From Eukaryota sp. TZLM1-RC (lineage: Eukaryota > Protista > Metamonada: BaSk clade): a DNA stretch of 64,000 nucleotides. Under the pieces are notes generated by a model. The model was not told the DNA's origin, ran no database searches, and was given only the letters and a program-made list of their open reading frames with translations. The position numbers and the translations under genes are program-made. Positions 1 through 12,806 of the stretch are shown here, piece after piece (the first letter of the stretch is position 1; the number at the start of each line of letters is the position of its first letter). Where the stretch lies: NCBI GenBank assembly GCA_040285825.1, contig JAUPSS010000002.1, positions 3,038,001-3,102,000 on the forward strand, written 5' to 3'.

Positions 1-2084
1 GCAGTGAGACTAATTCTGCACTGAGACTAATTTTGTCTCGGCCTTATTTCCTTTGACCACCAGACAAACAACATCTTTATCAATAAAAAACACTCAATCT
101 ATTCTAAAATATAACATTCATCCTCTTCTTCATCCTTCAGCTTAGTAATCTCCTGTTGTGTTATGAAATCTTTGGTTACTTGAATTTCCTCCTCTGAATT
201 ATCGTCGAATCCCTGTACTTCAGTGAAATCATCGTCGTCACTCACATCTTCCCAGATATCTTCCTAACAACCGGGAGGCTTTTCTCCTTTGAAGTTTGCA
301 TTGTATTTGGAAATAATTGCTTGAAGTTGGGGACTCAGATATTTAACACTCCATTCACCAACATCGTCCAAACCCAATCCACAGCGCATCATCGCTACTC
401 TGGCGTAAGAATGCCATTCTCATTCCTCTTGGAGTTGATTTCAGCCACCACTTCCTTGGCTAAGTTCAAAAAGTACCTTTTTCCTGGATTGAGAAGTTTT
501 CCAGATGCACTATACTCATTGTTTTGTATCATCTCTACCTTTTTCCGATCCCATGGCTTTGTCCACGCTCTTTTGATCATTGCAATGATGAATGTATCAC
601 AGGGTTGCACTAAATGAGTTGAGTTTGGGGGCAAAAAGCAAACAGTAGCATGTAAACGTGTCAGAGCATTCTTCACTCTGGCTGTGAGCTTGTGACTTGG
701 AACGTTGTCGCAGAAAAATATTTGCTTTTTGTTTACCATTCTGCAGTTAACTCTTCTTTCTTCTAAATACTCGGCAAATTTTTGAGAAGTCATAAAGTCT
801 TTTTTTGCCGTTCGATAAGCCACTTGAGGATCACTGTCTTGTAGATTGCGGATGGGATAGCTTTCTGACTGATTTTGAAATATAAGAAATGGCACATCAA
901 TACGAGCATTTGGACCGCCAGTGAGCTTCACCACTAATGTCATTCCCTGGGAACCACTGACGACATCAGTGTATCTTACTTCCTCATCATCAATAAATCC
1001 CAATGTCTTATTGTTATCCATATTGATACGGAAATGAGTCTCATCGAAATTGCAAATTTGACTGTGATCAATCCCTCGATCTTGAAACATTCTTGCGACA
1101 TTGCCTAAGTGAAAAGCCACCGCTCTTTCAATTTCTTCCTGTTTAACAGCGCCAACGGAAAGTTTACCTGTTTGAGTACGAGGAACAATATTAAATCGGG
1201 CCATAAATTGTTGAATCCATTTGAACTGAATTCGGTCCATAAGCATCTTACCTGATTTATCTTGAGGATCGATCCATTCTGGTCTAAAAATTGGATGATT
1301 CCCAGTTCTTAAAACGTGTTTAGCGATATCTCCCAGAATACTGGTGTCTATCTTACATCCTATCTTCTTCATCACGAGAAACTCCTCCAGCAGTTCTTTG
1401 TGTACCCATTCTACCCATTCAGCTCTCTTTCTACCTCTTCCGCTCCTGGCTTTTAAAAGAATTTTCTTCACTGTACTGTTTTGTACACGTTCTAGGGACA
1501 ATTTGTCCTTTTCCAACCTCCTATAAAACTGATGGCGTTTTTTCCACCAGTCTGATGCCTTTTGGATGTTGGCGTTTGAAGACGATCTGAAGTGCTCGGG
1601 AAACTGTATGACAGTGGCAGCTTTCAACCCCTTTTCGGTGTTTTGTTCTTGTACCCATCTTTCCATCCACTCAAGAACCACTTTACGAGTTTGTTTGGTG
1701 GAAACTTGTTGAATTCGTCTTTTAGTTCCTGCAGTGGGAGACAACACAGCGTTTTCATCATGGTGTTGTATTTCAGGAAGTGGTAAGACGATAGGAGTGG
1801 AGGTATCTACTTCTGCAGAAGGAAGGAGGTGTAGTGTGAGCCGTGCTAGAGCGTTGAGCCCGTGCAAAAGATTGTACGAGAGGAGAACCCGAGAAAAGAC
1901 CGTTCATTAGATGAATAACAAATGATTGGTACAAAATTTTATAAGTTTTTGAAAAAAGTACTGGAAAAATGTTTATGAAACTCAGGACAAAATTAGTCTC
2001 ACAAAGACGATTTTGAATGGTCATTGGACAAAATTAGTCTCACTCAGACTAATTTGGCGGTGAGACTAATTACTGCCAACAGTG
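1..2084 (-). mobile_element. pogo-family (Tc1/mariner superfamily) DNA transposon; left terminus just outside the window
   Basis: Right end reads ...ACTGCCAACAGTG followed by TA (2085-2086). The window start GCAGT matches the inner part of that terminus. The subterminal motif GAGACTAATT/AATTAGTCTC is repeated at both ends (6-32; ~1991-2071). Encodes a DDE_1 transposase. Confidence 0.85.
265..1867 (-). pseudogene. DDE_1 (pogo-like) transposase, frameshifted near the C-terminus
   Basis: ORF 395-1867 has NFDET, CDNVPSH and LVQPCD motifs. After a 1-nt frameshift near 410 the frame continues ARVAMMRCGLGLDDVGEWSVKYLSPQLQAIISKY. Confidence 0.85.
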
Positions 2085-3009
2085 TAGTTGTTAACTGTTG
2101 GGTTGATGTTGCGAATTTGAAATAGTGAACCCTAGTTGCAAATCACCGAGCTCGGTCAAAAAAGCTTGGCACCCAGTAACTTAGCATTGGTCTAAAATAA
2201 CCTTGATTTACTGTAAAGACTAACAATTGTTTTTCAATTTCTGTTTATAGTTGTATTTTGTTTGAATAAATGTTGATTGTAACTTCTGAATTAATTCTGA
2301 AAATTCGTCAATTAGAACGGATAAGTGTTGCTGATTATGGGTATTCATCAAAGTATATTTTTGAGTCATTACTCCATCTGATTGAGATCAAAACATAACT
2401 TTATAGAAAATGACTAAAATACGTAAGAGAGATGTTCAGGCCAATATAGGCAAAAATAAATGTAACATGATGTGATCAAAAAATCAAAAATCTCCACAAC
2501 GCATTTACTTGTTCAAACTATGTTTGCCTAGAGAACAAGTGATTTATTGAATCTTTCAAATTACTTGTACCTACGTAGTGATTTTGGTCAACCACAGTTC
2601 TTCCAGTCTCGTAATAGCGGTTGAATTGATTGTTTTAGTTTAACTTTGTGAAGAATAAAGATAAGGTTTTAAGACTGATGACACGAAATTGAGGAGTTAA
2701 AGACAAAGCGCGTGTAAATTAAAAAAATGGTAAATTTTCAGGTATTACGTTATGGAATTTTGACAATGTAGTAACAGACAGAAGTTAGTAAAGCTTATGA
2801 ATTCATTTTAAAACCATTGCAGCAGCGAGTTGCGCACCAAAAAGCAAGTACTTACGTTAGTAAAAACTTTTGCACCTAGCCACCAGAACTCAATTTCAAC
2901 AACACGAAGACACTAGAAAAGAAAATGGAAGTGGTGAGGGAGAAATTGAAATTGAATTGAGTGAGACGCGTACCTTTTTCATATTACCTTTTATTAATAT
3001 AATAAGAAC

Positions 3010-3310
3010 CCTTATTTGAAGTTTTCGTTTGTACCTTTTGCCTTCTCGATTTTTGGCAACATTGGACAGTCTGCCTTGAATTTTCTCAATGATTTTGATA
3101 TTTTATGTCGTTTAAGAGGTAAGAATTTTACAGGGAATTTATGGAAGAATCGTATCATTTTTGCTTTGTTTAGAAATGTTCCCAAGTACTTAAATTTAAT
3201 GATGTCAAAGCTGTATAAGGATTCATCAAAAGTTGGCGTGGAGAATTTTGTTTCTTATGTGTTTTAGGTTGATTTGTTTTGTTTTGTTTTTTCGTAATAA
3301 ACAAAATAGT
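3010..3310 (+). mobile_element. 3' fragment of an RLE non-LTR retrotransposon
   Basis: VPFAFSIFGNIG...WKNRIIF matches the C-terminus of the RLE elements at 30820-32181 and 44107-45243. A homologous copy lies on the minus strand at ~19450-19657. Confidence 0.75.
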
Positions 3311-4877
3311 TTCAAATAATTTATAATATATACGGTGCCATAAATGCCAAACGCCTTACGCCTGTGGCATGGTCAAAAATTAATCATGGTATAACACCCG
3401 GCTAAAAACACATTCTAAAAGTCGATTGAAGTGCAAGTCGATTGTCAATAGGATCTTTGGTAGAGCAAATTTCAAGGTTTCTGCACCTTACTCCTTCTTT
3501 TTTTCATTTCTCCTCTACCGCAGAAGAATTTGTTATTCAACATGGAACTACCCATGGTAAAAAATTGAACAATTTGTTTAGAAATCAACTTATATACACT
3601 ATTTCTTGTTGTAGATCTTTTGGTTTGTGCATTTTCACTAGTATGTTTACGTTTGTGTTTTTCAAATGAGACAACTTCCTTTACTCAAAGGTAATATTTA
3701 CTGATGATAATTAAATTATTTGTGTTTTATATCATTCGCATTTCAGCCTTCACAGTTTTATGTTCACCTTTTATAGAAAATAACTTGACTTTGTTGCAAC
3801 GTTCTATTTTTCAAAATTGATAATGACATTTTGAGCATTGAGTTTGAATTAATAATAAGAACCGTCATGGATATTGCGGCAAAATAGTCTTCCAAAAGGC
3901 AACGACCACCATGATGTAACTGATTTTGGTGACTTCAAGTAGTACGAATGGGCTTTTTTAAATAGTTCGAATGTTGTTTCACTCTTGGTGGTGTTAAACA
4001 GCGGTGTTTGACGAAAATTGGGAAATTAGCTATACTATACTACACTTTCTTCCATTAACTCTACAATACTCTAAAATTCATGAGCAACGATGAAAAAAGT
4101 GAAATGTTTCAAATAAGTGGCATCGTCATAATTGAAGATTAGATATAACGAAGTGTATGTTTTTTAATAAATTTTGTCATTGTAACAATCTGTTTCATCA
4201 AATTGATCTATTTGAATAAACTATACAACAAACTGAAAATCCTAAATCTTCGTATCCTAAAACAACCAAACATAATTGACTGGAAGTTTTCCTCTCCTTA
4301 AACAGACCAACATATAACAAAGCAGAAAATAATGAGGGATCAAGACCATCAACAATTTAAATAACTATTCTGTTTTTGTCAAATAACCTTATCAAAAACT
4401 CCGCTTGTACATTGTTTAAGATAGATTTATTCCTGGAACAGACACATTTTACAACTCAATAAAAAACCTTAGCTTATGCTTTTAAAAACTCAACCCCATC
4501 AACTGAATGACGGCAGATTTTCGCTATTCACATGGATATCAATTCATTTGTTATAAAATTCCGTTATCTTATTCAAAATGGAGTTAATGAAACGAAAAGG
4601 GTTTCTAATAACGAAAATACAATTCTGTTATTCCAAATCAAAGAATTGAATGTACGACAACATTTCCTCAAAATTTTTGCTAAATTATTACAACAATTGA
4701 ACCCTTCAGTGCCAATCGTACCAAAAATTGACATGGCAATTGGGAAAATTTCATGTTTCTGCCTCTTGCTCCATTTGGACGTTGTAAAAGGCCTTCGTAC
4801 CTTGATTTCTTGAAATAAAACAGTGTGTGTACACTGCTTTGTACTTTCAACAAATTCATTTAAGAACAAAAAAATAA

Positions 4878-7009
4878 GGGTCAGGGACACACCTACCCAC
4901 TTTTTTGAAAAGTGAAACACAACTACCCACTGCTGAATTTTTTGGTACTTCTGTACCCAATTGTTTTAAAAAAACTTATCCATCCCGATTTGTTTGATGA
5001 TGTAATCAAGTTTGTGTTTCTTAATTACTTGGTACGTTCACCAAACTCATCTCAAACATCAAATAAACCGTTTATGGACATGTTGAGCATACGATAAACC
5101 TCCCTAATCTCTATTGATCTTCAACTAAGTCTTCCAATGCAGAAGATTCTTCCGATTCACTCCAATCTGAATTATCGCTGCTGCCTTCTACACCAAACTG
5201 CTGGCGGACGAGTGTGAGTTCTGGAACTTCACTGTCTGGTATCTCTCCTCCATCTCTTTGTTTCTTCTTTCTCTGCCCTTCTCCAGCTCGGAACCGTTGT
5301 TGACGTGGTCTTCCTCTTTGCTTTACAACTTGTGGTGCTTGAGTTTCTGTCTCTTTTAGTTCATAATTCTCTCTCAAATAATAAAGGTACACTGCACTCA
5401 CTATGTTTTTGTCCATATATTAAAGTGCTGTCACCGCATGAACGCAAGGGTATCCATATTGGTCCCAAAATCCACATGAACAACATTGTTTGCTCAAATC
5501 AACCAACCATGATTTTTCATGCTGTGTAACCTTCAACACTGAACCTTCCCCTCCCCTGGAAATTTTCACAACTTCTAAACTGCGAGCTTCAACAACAGTG
5601 CTCTTTAACTTTGCCCACAATGATTTGCAAACAATGGATGTTGTGTTCATCGCTTCAGTTCTTCTTTCCTCAAATTATTTTGTCAGTTTCAAGTAAATTT
5701 CGTTGATCATACTAACAAGAGGCATATTTCTTGCTCCAAGAAGCCAAGCATTCAAGATTTCAACTACATTGAACGTCAAATGTCCGTAACGGAGTTCTTC
5801 GAAATAACAGGTTGCCCAATGATGTTTTCCAGCCTTTATCAGTTTTTCATACACTGGTTTTGATTGACAACGGATTTCATTCATTATGAGATCAAATTCG
5901 TCAGTTGTTGTAGCTCTAGCTGCACTCCAAATAAATCCTCTGAACCTCGCCCCCATATATTTGGTCAAATGGCGAACACAAAAAGCGTGTTTGGCAGTAA
6001 CAATAACAGTAGCAACCGCATCGCAAAGTCCTTTTTCTCTGTCGGAAACAATGGTGTTAATATCTGAACCATATGCATCACGAAAACGTTGACAAAACCA
6101 GGTCCAGTTGTCTTTGTTTTCGGTCGACACAACTGCAAAGGCCTGTGGAAACAAATGGCCCTCTGCATCAATGGACGTGGATGTCAACAACACTTGTTTA
6201 TGTTTGGTTTTCAAGTGCGTCCCATCCAGAAGAACCATTGAACGACAAAATGCAAATCCCTTGATTGTACCTTGCAGCGCTATGAAGAGTCGTCTAAAGG
6301 TGTCAGTTGTATCCTTTTCAAGATCAATAACACTTCCGGGGTTTCTTTGACTTAAAAGTTCCAAGTAGTGGTCAAGTTTTTTGTAGCTTGATTCTTCAGT
6401 TCCATAAAGACTGGTTTTAATCGTGTTCCGTACCCGCTTAACTGTGTGATTGGGAAGTATAAATCCAGCCGCTGTGTTTAATTGCACTTTCAAATGCTTG
6501 GAGCTGATGGCAGAATGCTTTTGGATTTTTGTACGAATGGATGTCAAAGAGGCAAGGTAATTTGTGAAAGGAGGAAGAATCTTGTAGGAAGAAGTTAAAT
6601 TACCATCACAGGAATGAGCTTTATACCGCTTAACCTCATAAAGAGTTGTTGTAGAAGCGAATTTAGGTCGTTTAACACAGCATTCAAACGTACATCTTTT
6701 ATTTTTGCAACGAGCATAAATTCTTGTATGTTCAGACTTTTTGTAGACACAATAGGCACTGCTCTGGACACAGTCTAGCCGAATCAGTTCCTTTATGATT
6801 TCTATCGAAGTCAGGGAACCGATTTTCAAGAGATAATCGGTGTCGTTATGTTTGAGAGTTATAGTTGATTCAGCGACAACGGAAGAGGTTGTTGTCATGT
6901 CCAATCTGCAAAGAAGTCCTATCAATAACAAAGTGGGTAGATGTGTTTACTTTGTGGTGGGTAGACGTGTTCCACTTTTTGCAAAAATGGGTAGATGTGT
7001 ACTTTTCCC
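4878..7009 (-). mobile_element. Mutator-like element (MULE)
   Basis: Imperfect ~55-bp TIRs (GGGTCAGGGACACACCTACCCAC... vs reverse complement GGGAAAAGTACACATCTACCCAT...). 9-bp TSD AAAAAATAA at 4869-4877 and 7010-7018. The empty site is visible in the paralogous block at ~43900-43925. Confidence 0.95.
5111..6931 (-). pseudogene. MULE transposase with SWIM zinc finger, disrupted
   Basis: LDGTHL, IVSDREKGL and FCVRHL motifs in 5675-6931. SWIM motif CSCGFWDQYGYPCVH in 5420-5650 after a frameshift. AT-hook-like RGRPR in 5111-5416 after a further disruption. Confidence 0.9.
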
Positions 7010-8714
7010 AAAAAATAATAAGTCCAAAAGAGCCATGTAAGGAGAGACAATTCATTGTTTAACGATAGCTGCTCCAGAAACAGAATAGTTAAGGCCAAAA
7101 CAAAATTGACTGAATTGAGAGTCTTTCAAAACCAAATGTTTCTAAACTTTAACACTTCACTAACCACACTCAAAACTGCTGGAACTTAACAATAATGTAA
7201 GAAAACAGTGAAATTCACCGAATTATTACAGGTTGCTTTGTGAAATGGTTTATGGTCATTCCAGGAAGTCTTTGCTTACGAAATTTCAAATCGCATTTTA
7301 AAATGAATTCCTAAAATCTATTGAATGCAGATTATTGATCTTCTTTTAAGATTTCCACTTAATGCCCTCCCTCTTTCGGTATTGAGGTTCTTACTGCTGC
7401 TTACACTTGATCTTTCCTGTCGTTTACTGCACTCAGTAGTCACTAACGTTGGCATCTTTGTTGCTTCTTGATGGATGCCACTCCTTCATTGCGGATCTCC
7501 CCTCATGGACTCTATTTTTAAAGTCTGCTCTACTCCCATCGTCCCGAATTTGCTATTTGGGATGAGATGACTGGATACAGTCCCCGAATCAACTCTCTAC
7601 ACTTCCTTCTGTTGTCATTCGTCCATCAGTGCTCTGAACAATCAAGTATCCTTTTCTGATGAAGATTCTTCACGATCTCTCCTTGTCTGATCCCTCTGTT
7701 ACCTTTGATCTTTGTATGGTGATCAATTTAAAATTGCCGACCTCGACTTGCCTAACACTTGGATCGGCACGTTTTCTCCATCGCTAGGACTCGAATCCTC
7801 AACCAGAGGTTTGTACCTTCTGACAGATACACAGCTAAAATTGAATTTTACTTTTAATTTTATTCAAAATACTGAATTTATCGCTTTACTACTGATTCAT
7901 CAACTTCACCAATGTCAAAACTTTGAGGCCCAGTTGATTCTGATGGTAAAGTTATTAGTGGATGTGCTAATGATGAGCCTCTTATCACCCTTGTTAAATT
8001 TAATGTTGATTTTGGTGATGTTCTTCTTGTTGTTTGTCAATCTCAATCTATTGTTGCTACTGATTCTGTTATTGATTTAGAAACTGTTCTTGTTCGTGAT
8101 TCAACTGCTACTGATAGTCACTTTGAATTAATACATTTAGAGTCTCTACCAAATATCGAGAGTAATTCTCCTTATTTAGAGTCTCTATTCATAAATGCAC
8201 AAACGACTAAGTAATCATCAATCATTCAGTTTTTAACTGTTTGAGGTTGATTACGGTCAAGAGAGATCTGATTATGTGTGTCTGTATAGTCTACATGTTT
8301 TTAGATTTGTGCATGTTTTACTCTCAAATGTAGTTTTCTTTTACCTTTTCTTGAACATCTCTAGATACAGTTTTTATAAAAACTAAAAGAAAACTAAAAG
8401 ATATTGTTGTGAATAAGTGAGTAAAGTTTACCAGACTTCTCACAAAGCTGGTTGTCTTAATAATTTCCACAAACTTCTTCTAACCCATGTATCAGCTGAC
8501 CAGCAAGTAGTCTTATGTAATGGGTTTTACCGTTCCGCTTGATGTGAGAATAGCTACGGAATTGCGGCCTTGTAATCCCCATCAATAGTTCGGGTTACAA
8601 TCATCATCAAATCAGTGATACGTTTAATCTTTCGCTGATGTACTATTTTCAGAAACACTCACTGAGAATCAACGAGTTTAGTTCCGCGAATTCACCTGTA
8701 ACTTTACCTATCTT

Positions 8715-8796
8715 TGATGCCGTAGGTTGGAAAAGTGGGTTAAGATTAAACTGATTTATTTTCTATTCATATCATAAAAGCCTAAGGGCGCCAACA
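8715..8796 (-). repeat. 3' LTR (82 bp)
   Basis: TGTTGGCGCC...CCTACGGCATCA; 4 mismatches versus 15235-15316. Confidence 0.9.
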
Positions 8797-8904
8797 CTGC
8801 TTCTTCCCTATTTCAAAATAAATCAGCTTATATGAATATGAACTAAACTATAAACAAATAACTAACTAACTATAAATAATCTATATATAATCTAAGAATT
8901 AGCG

Positions 8905-9306
8905 TCACTTCCTAATTCTATTACTACTTCTAGGCCTCTTGTAAGATGTAGAGTTATGTGAGGTACTTTTACGTTGACTTGTAGTACGTTTTCCTATTTC
9001 CTTGTTATTCTTACTGAACAACTTATAAGCTTCTGAATGTTTTACTGAATGGAGAGGCTCTTCAGTTGTCTCGCCGCCAAACCATTGAACAGTACAGAAA
9101 CTACCTGAGTCAGAACTATATTCTGAGAGGATTTTCTTTATAACGTGTTTTTCCATATCGCCTGCTGCGACGGCTTTGAGGAACTCTATGTCCTGTGGAT
9201 TTTCAGCGTTATAGATTTTGCAATCTTTCTTAGCAGTCTTTAATTCGGTGCCAGTGGTAAGATTCTTCAATAATAAAGCAGAGTTGGAAGGATGATCTAT
9301 TACCAA
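8905..9306 (-). pseudogene. integrase C-terminal/chromodomain-like fragment
   Basis: VIKKILSE...CTVQWFGGETTEEP resembles a chromodomain. It parallels 58072-58596 (LDAILD...ILWSDGTTTKQP). Confidence 0.6.
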
Positions 9307-9740
9307 AAAGGGTCCGTTCCAAGATCCATGCAGTTTATTATTTTGTTTGGTTTTACGGAGGACATAGTCACCAATTTACAAACTATAAAACGCGAATTAG
9401 GCTCTACTGAAATCGTCTGGGCATTAACTCCATCTTTACCGCTAGAGTCTCCAGTTAACCTGGGTTCCTTGCCGTCAGGATATATAGCTAAGACAATAGG
9501 AGAGCTGAATTTATAATTAGATTCAACTGCATAGCCCATTTCAATCAGTTCGTCAAATATTTTGTTTGCTATTTCCATTTTGCTGGGATTTAACCGTCTA
9601 GTGGGTTTATGTACTATAGCATTCTCATCTCTAAAGGGGATTGTTAGAGGATTACAATCGATTCCTTTTCTGTTTGGAGTTTCACTAAAAACATCGCTGA
9701 AAATTCCTGGTAGACTCGTTAATTTTAATTTATTGTTATC
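9300..9740 (-). pseudogene. N-terminal reverse transcriptase fragment (remainder deleted)
   Basis: KIFDELIEMGYAVES...FSSPIVLA...EPRLTGD resembles the start of gypsy RT. It abuts the integrase tail at ~9300. Confidence 0.7.
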
Positions 9741-9741
9741 A

Positions 9742-10880
9742 TCATCTATTTTTTCTCACTCTAATTAATTGCTCCTCAAGATCACAGGGACTCAATGATT
9801 GGTTATCTAAGTTCCCAATCGAATGTTGAGCGATTCTAGAGTCCAATTCTGATTCTGTATTTGACAAAGTGCGGTGTTCTTTGTCTAATATAATGAAAAG
9901 ACCATGATCCGTCTGAAGCCCAAGTGTTTTTAACATGTCTATCCCTATTAATAATTTGTTCGAACCCGGGATTATGGGAGGAGTATGTCTATAATGTACC
10001 TGGTGCGCAATGCTTCCTACGTTGAACGACAAAATACCATTTGCACTCCCTAGCGATTTACTTGATACGTTATTGGCTGGTAAGAACTCAATTGTATCAT
10101 TTCTATCGATTGACATGTTGCATTTGTTAGCCAAATCTTCTGTTATAACCGAACAAAACGCTGCCGAATCAATAGTCGCAATCATTTTTATATTATTTAT
10201 TAAAATCTCCAATCTTAGAAATGGAGAACGCTGGGATCTGTTGTGGTTCTCACTAACCGTAGAATTTATACCAAAAATACTATTGATATCTGAGCTGGGT
10301 TTGTGGAATTGTAGAGGATTAAGTAAGAATTGTTGAGCTGTTGGGGAGTTGTTGACTGGGTTTCCAAAATCGGCAATTGATTGATTGTGATTGATTGCAT
10401 TGATTTGTTTCCGATTGGGAAAGTTACTTGTGTTTCTGACCCTGTTGCTGAAACGGTCGATCCGTCTGTGAGAGGTCATGCTCGAACTAGCTGACTCGTT
10501 CTCAGAAGGGGATGATGTTAATGATGTTTTTTCTTGTGTATTAATGTAATAAATAGGTCTATACTGACCTCTGCCTTTATGTCCTCTGAAATGGCCACCT
10601 CGGCCCCTACCTCTAAACCTAACTACACGTCTACCTCGGCCACCTCGGCCCCTAACTACACTGCTACTTCTGGCAGGCTGATCAGCCTCGCCGATCTTAA
10701 ATCTTAATTCCTTAGGTACCTTACTCCTGGTACAACGGGGATCTTTATATTCAAAAACCGTGTGGCCAATAGGGTTGTTTCCTTCGGTGACGTTGCAGAA
10801 TGTACAAAACTTAGATTCATCCCGTTCATGTCTTTCTGGGACATATTTGTTTTGGGGAGTTCCTTTGGATCCGCCTCCCG
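9742..10880 (-). pseudogene. gag C-terminus (Zn-knuckle-like, RG-rich) plus retropepsin aspartic protease
   Basis: CTFC-x10-H, RGRGGRGR repeats, protease motifs ATIDSAAFCSVI and LLIGIDML. Confidence 0.8.
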
Positions 10881-10884
10881 ATAT

Positions 10885-12806
10885 CTTTTTATTGAATGAG
10901 CAAAAAACCATTAATCCAAGTCCTCATCAGCTGCACGTGCTCCCTGACTGACTGTTGCATAAGGATGTGACAACATGATAAGTTTGATTGTGTTTTCTGA
11001 CCAGTGAGTTTTGTTATTGAGGAGAAAAAGTTGCTTTTCGAGAGAAAAGGGAGATAACCTGGTTCTCAAACAGCCAACAGTAAGTTTTGCTCGACTGAAG
11101 AGACGTTCAATTTCATTAGAAGTAGGTGGAATGAAAGTCAGATCGATATAACGAGAGGAATTAAGCATTGAAGACGACGAAACTTCTGCAAGTTTTGCAG
11201 AAAGAGGAGAAGCGGGAGATTGGGAGTCTAATGCCCCAACATTGGTCTTCAGAAATTGGACAACAGCTGATCTCTGATTATGAGACAGTCTATCTTCATT
11301 ACCCTCAAGAATTTTCACTATGGCTGCTTCAAATGTGGGAGAGTGTACAATTGAACTAGTAAGGGAGGTGTGTTCTACCATTCCAGGATAATCTTCATGT
11401 AACAAATTGAATGCAGTCCTAGCAGAATATAGTGATACTCCATTACCCTGTAGAAACTTCGTAACGGAGTTAAAATCTTCGTAAGATCTCGCCAATTGTC
11501 TCACCATGGCATTTTCATTTTGGGAAAGAACAAACTGACCAACATCTGGTCCAAAGTTGCCATAAATCCGATTGTCTAGAAACTGCAAGTGCCTTCTGAT
11601 CATTTCGATGGCTGAAGACCACCGAGTTGTATTTCTTTTGAGTGGTCTGAGAGAGGAAATATTCTTCAAGATAATGCTGTTTTTTACATGGCGCAACTCA
11701 GTAAAAAGCTTGTCAAGTTTGCAGAGCACAACCTCTGTATCACTCGAAAATCGTTTGACTTCCAAAGCCATCCTGTGAGAGGCACAGCCGATGAAGGGAA
11801 CAGATAAAATATCAGCAAGTCGATGATTGGTTGGACAGTTGTCACCTACCAAAAAGAAAAGGCAGTCTCTGGTCCTTTCTAAGCCGTCAAGAACCTGGTC
11901 AATTAAAAAGGCAGTTGAATCAGCTCCCAACAAAACTTGGTCTGATCTATTAAATTGGTGGTCTTCATCATAAACCTCATCTGACTCAAAAGGAAACAAC
12001 CCAAGCATTACTAGGTTTTTGAAATTTGGTACGGCAGCAAACACTGCAAAAAACTCTGTCGAAGTAAGATCAAGTCTCCAGCTGTCAACAACAATACCAA
12101 ATTTTTGAGGAAGCTCGGCTTTTAATTTCTGAAAAACTTCGGTGAATGTCAAGTTCAAGTAATGCTTCAAGGTTTTGGCAGAAATTGGTTCAAGAATGCT
12201 GTACCTTCGAGTTGCATCGTTCTCGACAAAAGAGAATGGCCGTCCTTCACTTACTACCCAATCTAACCAACCATACAGAGTTGCAGAGTTGTCAATTTCG
12301 GGCTTCGTTGCAAAATTGCGGATAGAGGGCGTTTCATTTGAATGTTGTAACAAAAAAGGCCACTGTTTATGATGATACTTGACATGAGCCTTGAGATTCT
12401 GATATCCAGTGTTTGGGGTAATCCAAACAACAGCAGGCTGAGAGGTGTCTTCAGAAAGAACGCGTGATTGCAGTACAGATTACAAAGATTGCAGTAGTAA
12501 CCAATCTTTCCTTCCTATCCAGTGGGAGGTTGAGGTTGGGGATTGGCTCTGACAAAGAACTTGTTGGCAAAAGCGGATGGAGATGGTTCTGTCATGAAAA
12601 GGAAAGCAAGAGGAAAATGCTCACAATATATTTGTGATAAATAATAGTATACTCGATTTTATATGAATCAAGTCTGATATTGCAATATAATTGCAATACG
12701 CCAACCTTTACAATAAATATATTGCGCAAATATTGCAATATTTATAGTTAACAATATTTGTAGTAATGCAATATATTGCAATACAATATATTTTTTCCAA
12801 TCCCTG
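10885..12806 (-). mobile_element. hAT transposon nested in gag; 3' terminus deleted
   Basis: TIR CAGGGATTGG at 12797-12806 (minus strand) and ATTGCAATA subterminal repeats at 12678-12785. No matching TIR or TSD at the other end. Confidence 0.85.
10911..12353 (-). CDS. hAT transposase (BED-finger part upstream, frameshifted from the ATG at ~12595)
   Basis: VVDSW, VGDNC, CASH, TRWSS and PPTSNEIERLFS motifs; TGYQNLKAHVKYHH lies in frame upstream. Confidence 0.85.
   Translation of the reverse strand: MLQHSNETPSIRNFATKPEIDNSATLYGWLDWVVSEGRPFSFVENDATRRYSILEPISAKTLKHYLNLTFTEVFQKLKAELPQKFGIVVDSWRLDLTSTEFFAVFAAVPNFKNLVMLGLFPFESDEVYDEDHQFNRSDQVLLGADSTAFLIDQVLDGLERTRDCLFFLVGDNCPTNHRLADILSVPFIGCASHRMALEVKRFSSDTEVVLCKLDKLFTELRHVKNSIILKNISSLRPLKRNTTRWSSAIEMIRRHLQFLDNRIYGNFGPDVGQFVLSQNENAMVRQLARSYEDFNSVTKFLQGNGVSLYSARTAFNLLHEDYPGMVEHTSLTSSIVHSPTFEAAIVKILEGNEDRLSHNQRSAVVQFLKTNVGALDSQSPASPLSAKLAEVSSSSMLNSSRYIDLTFIPPTSNEIERLFSRAKLTVGCLRTRLSPFSLEKQLFLLNNKTHWSENTIKLIMLSHPYATVSQGARAADEDLD

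Larger units (their letters stand above)
3671..8319. repeat. copy 1 of a ~2.5-kb duplicated block, interrupted by the MULE at 4878-7009
   Basis: Collinear with 42731-46417, from AACTTCCTTTACTCAA to CTACATGTTTT..GATTT.TGCATGTTTT. Contains an RLE-like remnant on the minus strand (IFPIAMSIFGTIG...WNNRIVFSLL). Confidence 0.9.

Noticed and set aside
7775-7840. Functional tRNA gene (also 45870-45935)
   Set aside because: Only a B-box/T-arm-like piece is present; no acceptor stem pairing or D-arm.
9742-12353. hAT-gag/protease fusion gene from the abutting ORFs at 10911
   Set aside because: The hAT ORF ends in a stop. The first residues of ORF 9742-10911 are hAT 3' sequence joined by a deletion.
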